Of a DNA stretch of 10,600 nucleotides, positions 8,469 to 10,600 are shown in pieces. Each line of letters starts with the position of its first letter. The first letter of the stretch is position 1. Position numbers and translations under genes: made by a program. Origin of the DNA: Azolla caroliniana (taxonomy: Eukaryota; Plantae; Polypodiophyta); assembly GCA_043228905.1 (NCBI GenBank), contig JBHGNT010001256.1:1-10600 (forward strand), given 5' to 3'. The notes under the pieces were generated by a model. That model was given only the letters and a program-made list of their open reading frames with translations, was not told where the DNA came from and searched no databases.

Positions 8469-9296
8469 TTAATTGCATGTAAAAAGCATTACGAGAATAT
8501 TGTTGCCCTCCCTATATAGGTAGAGGGAGTTGGGCCATTCCCAAGTGCCATCAAAAGAGTTGAATCATAGGATGAAACAATCTCCACATGTTATAACATC
8601 CTCGATTGCCATGTCCCATGCTTTTCAACTTTCAAATTTATACATTTACTACATCTCTCTACCATCAAACATGAAATCATCCAATGCCTTAAATTTTCGA
8701 ACATGATTTCAAAGTTTTTCTTTGGCCCATTTTGTAATATTGACTAAAGATCATCCTATGTCTAGGCATCAAGTCACAAGAAGACGAAGCTTACCATATT
8801 TTTATAAATATTTCAAAATAGCATGTACAATACACATTGAACGAATCGATGTATATATGTTACAATTGAATACTACAGAAGAAGCATGTACATGATGCAC
8901 CAACCCTCGCCTCTTGAGGTTAAACCTAAAGAAAGGACCCCAATCATCATTCTCCAAATAATCACATAGGATTGAAATGGCAATAGATAGTGTCGACTTA
9001 GTTGCAACATTTTCCACCACCTTATATCATACTTGTGTACATTCTATTGATTTTGTGCTTGATGAGCGCCATTAAAGTGATACCAATGAATGATGATATA
9101 ACACATTAGTATTTACCATTCACAATCTTGTACCATCCTTCCAGCACCAACCCACCCCAAGTTGATGATATGTCTTCATAGGAAATATCCTTGTAAGAAT
9201 GTTATGTTTTGCAAGTCTTGCCAAATGATACCATAGTTCGGTGGATATACACAAGCATCTTTTAACGTCATCAACCATGTCTAATAGCATTGAGAT
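8469..9296 (-). pseudogene. Candidate decayed coding sequence of unknown family (276 codons in one frame, 11 internal stops)
   Basis: Extending ORF 8802..9020(-) in frame in both directions gives protein-like text: MLLDMVDDVKRCLCISTELWYHLARLAKHNILTRIFPMKTYHQLGVGWCWKDGTRL*...CDYLENDDWGPFFRFNLKRRGLVHHVH...KWAKEKL*NHVRKFKALDDFMFDGREM**MYKFES*KAWDMAIEDVITCGDCFIL*FNSFDGTWEWPNSLYLY. No motif recognised. Confidence 0.35.
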
Positions 9297-9364
9297 TCAA
9301 TATCAACTATATTGCCCAGTTCAATAATGTTAAGAGTCTATTACTTTGGTCTATTTATTAGTAA

Positions 9365-9371
9365 GATACCA
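9365..9371 (-). promoter_or_regulatory. Truncated primer-binding site, tRNA-iMet type (TGGTATC)
   Basis: Matches the first 7 nt of the canonical plant PBS-Met TGGTATCAGAGC and sits at ...TAACA-A-TGGTATC. Confidence 0.75.
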
Positions 9372-9642
9372 TTGTTAAGAGTTTATTGCTAATCAATAGA
9401 CCAAAGTAAAGTAAAAGAAGGAAAATAGATTGGATAGAAGAACCCATTCCACCCGACAACCCCCGAACTATGATCTAGACATAGCCAACCTACCACCGAC
9501 GTCCCATACCGCCAAATATTAGGATAACTAATACTTTGGAAGAGATCAACACGATCGTCGAGATGAAAGCCTAGCCCGCACCACCGGTGTCTAAGATAGC
9601 AGCCTTCCAACGTAATGTGCTTATGAGGGTAGATAAGCCTCA

Positions 9643-9707
9643 TATTTATACATTTTCCTAGGCCCCTTGAATAGATGTGCCTTTCTAAAAGGGTCTCCAT
9701 TCATTGG
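9643..9707 (-). promoter_or_regulatory. Putative LTR core promoter (CCAAT 9703-9707, TATAAATA 9643-9650)
   Basis: Order and strand agree with the PBS-defined orientation of the LTR. Confidence 0.5.
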
Positions 9708-10351
9708 TTGCCCAAATCATGATAGTGCATGCACCTATCATTCATTCTATCCAATCACATTAGCCCCCTTTTTAACATTAGTGAACATACCCTTCACTAA
9801 TGTAAATATTAGTGACCTACCCTCACCAACGTTATGTGTACATAACAAATAACCCCCAACCCCTCTCTTTTTCTCTGCCAAGAGGGGAGAAATCATATAC
9901 AATATGTTATTTTTATTTGGTCCCATAGGTCAAGCTTAGCCTCCTCGTGGTTGATAAAAAATCAACTTTTAATGTGTGTTTTTACAATTGCACCAAGTCA
10001 AACATGATTATCCCTACTTTGTGTTGGAATTCCACAAGAAATTTCTTAATTTAACAAGATGAAAATAATCATGGGTCTTGAAAATATTGTCATGCTTATT
10101 TTGATTTATAATTCACCTCAGTTCACTTGATAGAGCATTTCTAAACATTGATAATAGAGTTATACATATACGAATGGCGGAAACATTTCCCAAAGAGCAC
10201 ATCATTACATAGTGTCAAGAAGAGTGAAGTAACGGGACCATTAGAGATGGCCAAGTTTTGACATTACATACCCTACAATGCCATAAAGTATATGTTATAA
10301 TCATAGTGTCAATTAAAATTTAGGATTGTTGATGTTTTTCATGTATGGTCA

Positions 10352-10415
10352 TGACTCATTAGACTTAATTAGTCACTCAATTGAGTAGACCTTAACAATT
10401 GAGTCACTCAATTGA
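10352..10415. repeat. Cluster of palindromes and a 14-bp direct repeat
   Basis: agtcactcaattga at 10371-10384 and 10402-10415; palindromes actcaattgagt (10375-10386) and caattgagt-c-actcaattg (10396-10414); TGACTCA (10352-10358) and TGAGTCA (10400-10406). Confidence 0.75.
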
Positions 10416-10600
10416 ATTAGAATATGATAGGGTGTACTTAGCAAGATAATAAGTAATATACTAGTCAATTACAAGTAATGTGACAAAAATAAATGATGTT
10501 GCAATAAGCTCCAAAAAAACTTGCCTTTCATTAGATTGCCAATGACACATATAGGTATTACCAAAGCTGAAGTACAAGGAGTGGAGGTTGTGCATTGAAT

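Larger units (their letters stand above)
9328..9847 (-). mobile_element. Collapsed LTR retrotransposon: complete 475-bp 5' LTR (9373-9847), PBS stub and terminal 37 bp of the 3' LTR (9328-9364), flanked by a 5-bp TSD
   Basis: TGTTA...TAACA termini (9373-9377 and 9843-9847; second TGTTA at 9328). Identical AATAA at 9323-9327 and 9848-9852. TGGTATC lies 1 nt after the LTR end on the minus strand. Duplicated LTR end: tgttaagagtctattact / tgttaagagtttattgct. Minus-strand CCAAT and TATAAATA are present. Confidence 0.8.

Noticed and set aside
7603-8472. ORFs 7603..7833(-), 7904..8107(+) and 8119..8472(+)
   Set aside because: Low-complexity translations of (GA)n, CA-rich and (TC)n sequence; no domain recognised.
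9389-9852. ORFs 9389..9700(-) and 9667..9852(+)
   Set aside because: Both lie essentially within the LTR and show no gag/pol or other motif.

Overview
AT-rich eukaryotic intergenic DNA, most likely from a land plant (inferred from an Arabidopsis-type TTTAGGG tract and a tRNA-Met-type LTR primer-binding site). I find no intact host gene, RNA gene or CRISPR array; the window is mostly decayed transposable elements. Best-supported content: (1) two head-to-tail, 5'-truncated, dead copies of one LINE family (ORF2 thumb to CCHC knuckle, RTE/RTEX-like) at ~5923-6896 and ~6897-7718, whose lesions complement each other; (2) a much older relic of the same ORF2 region at ~745-1545, interrupted by a telomere-like tract; (3) a collapsed LTR retrotransposon at 9328-9847 (minus strand) with a 5-bp TSD, one complete LTR, a PBS stub and 37 bp of the second LTR carrying a micro-inversion. 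Weaker signals are a (GA)n...(TC)n-bounded LTR/PBS-like structured block (7719-8448), a possible dead reading frame (8469-9296, minus), an L1-like RT motif fragment, hairpins and microsatellites. I see no convincing new biological system. All alignments and translations were done by eye.
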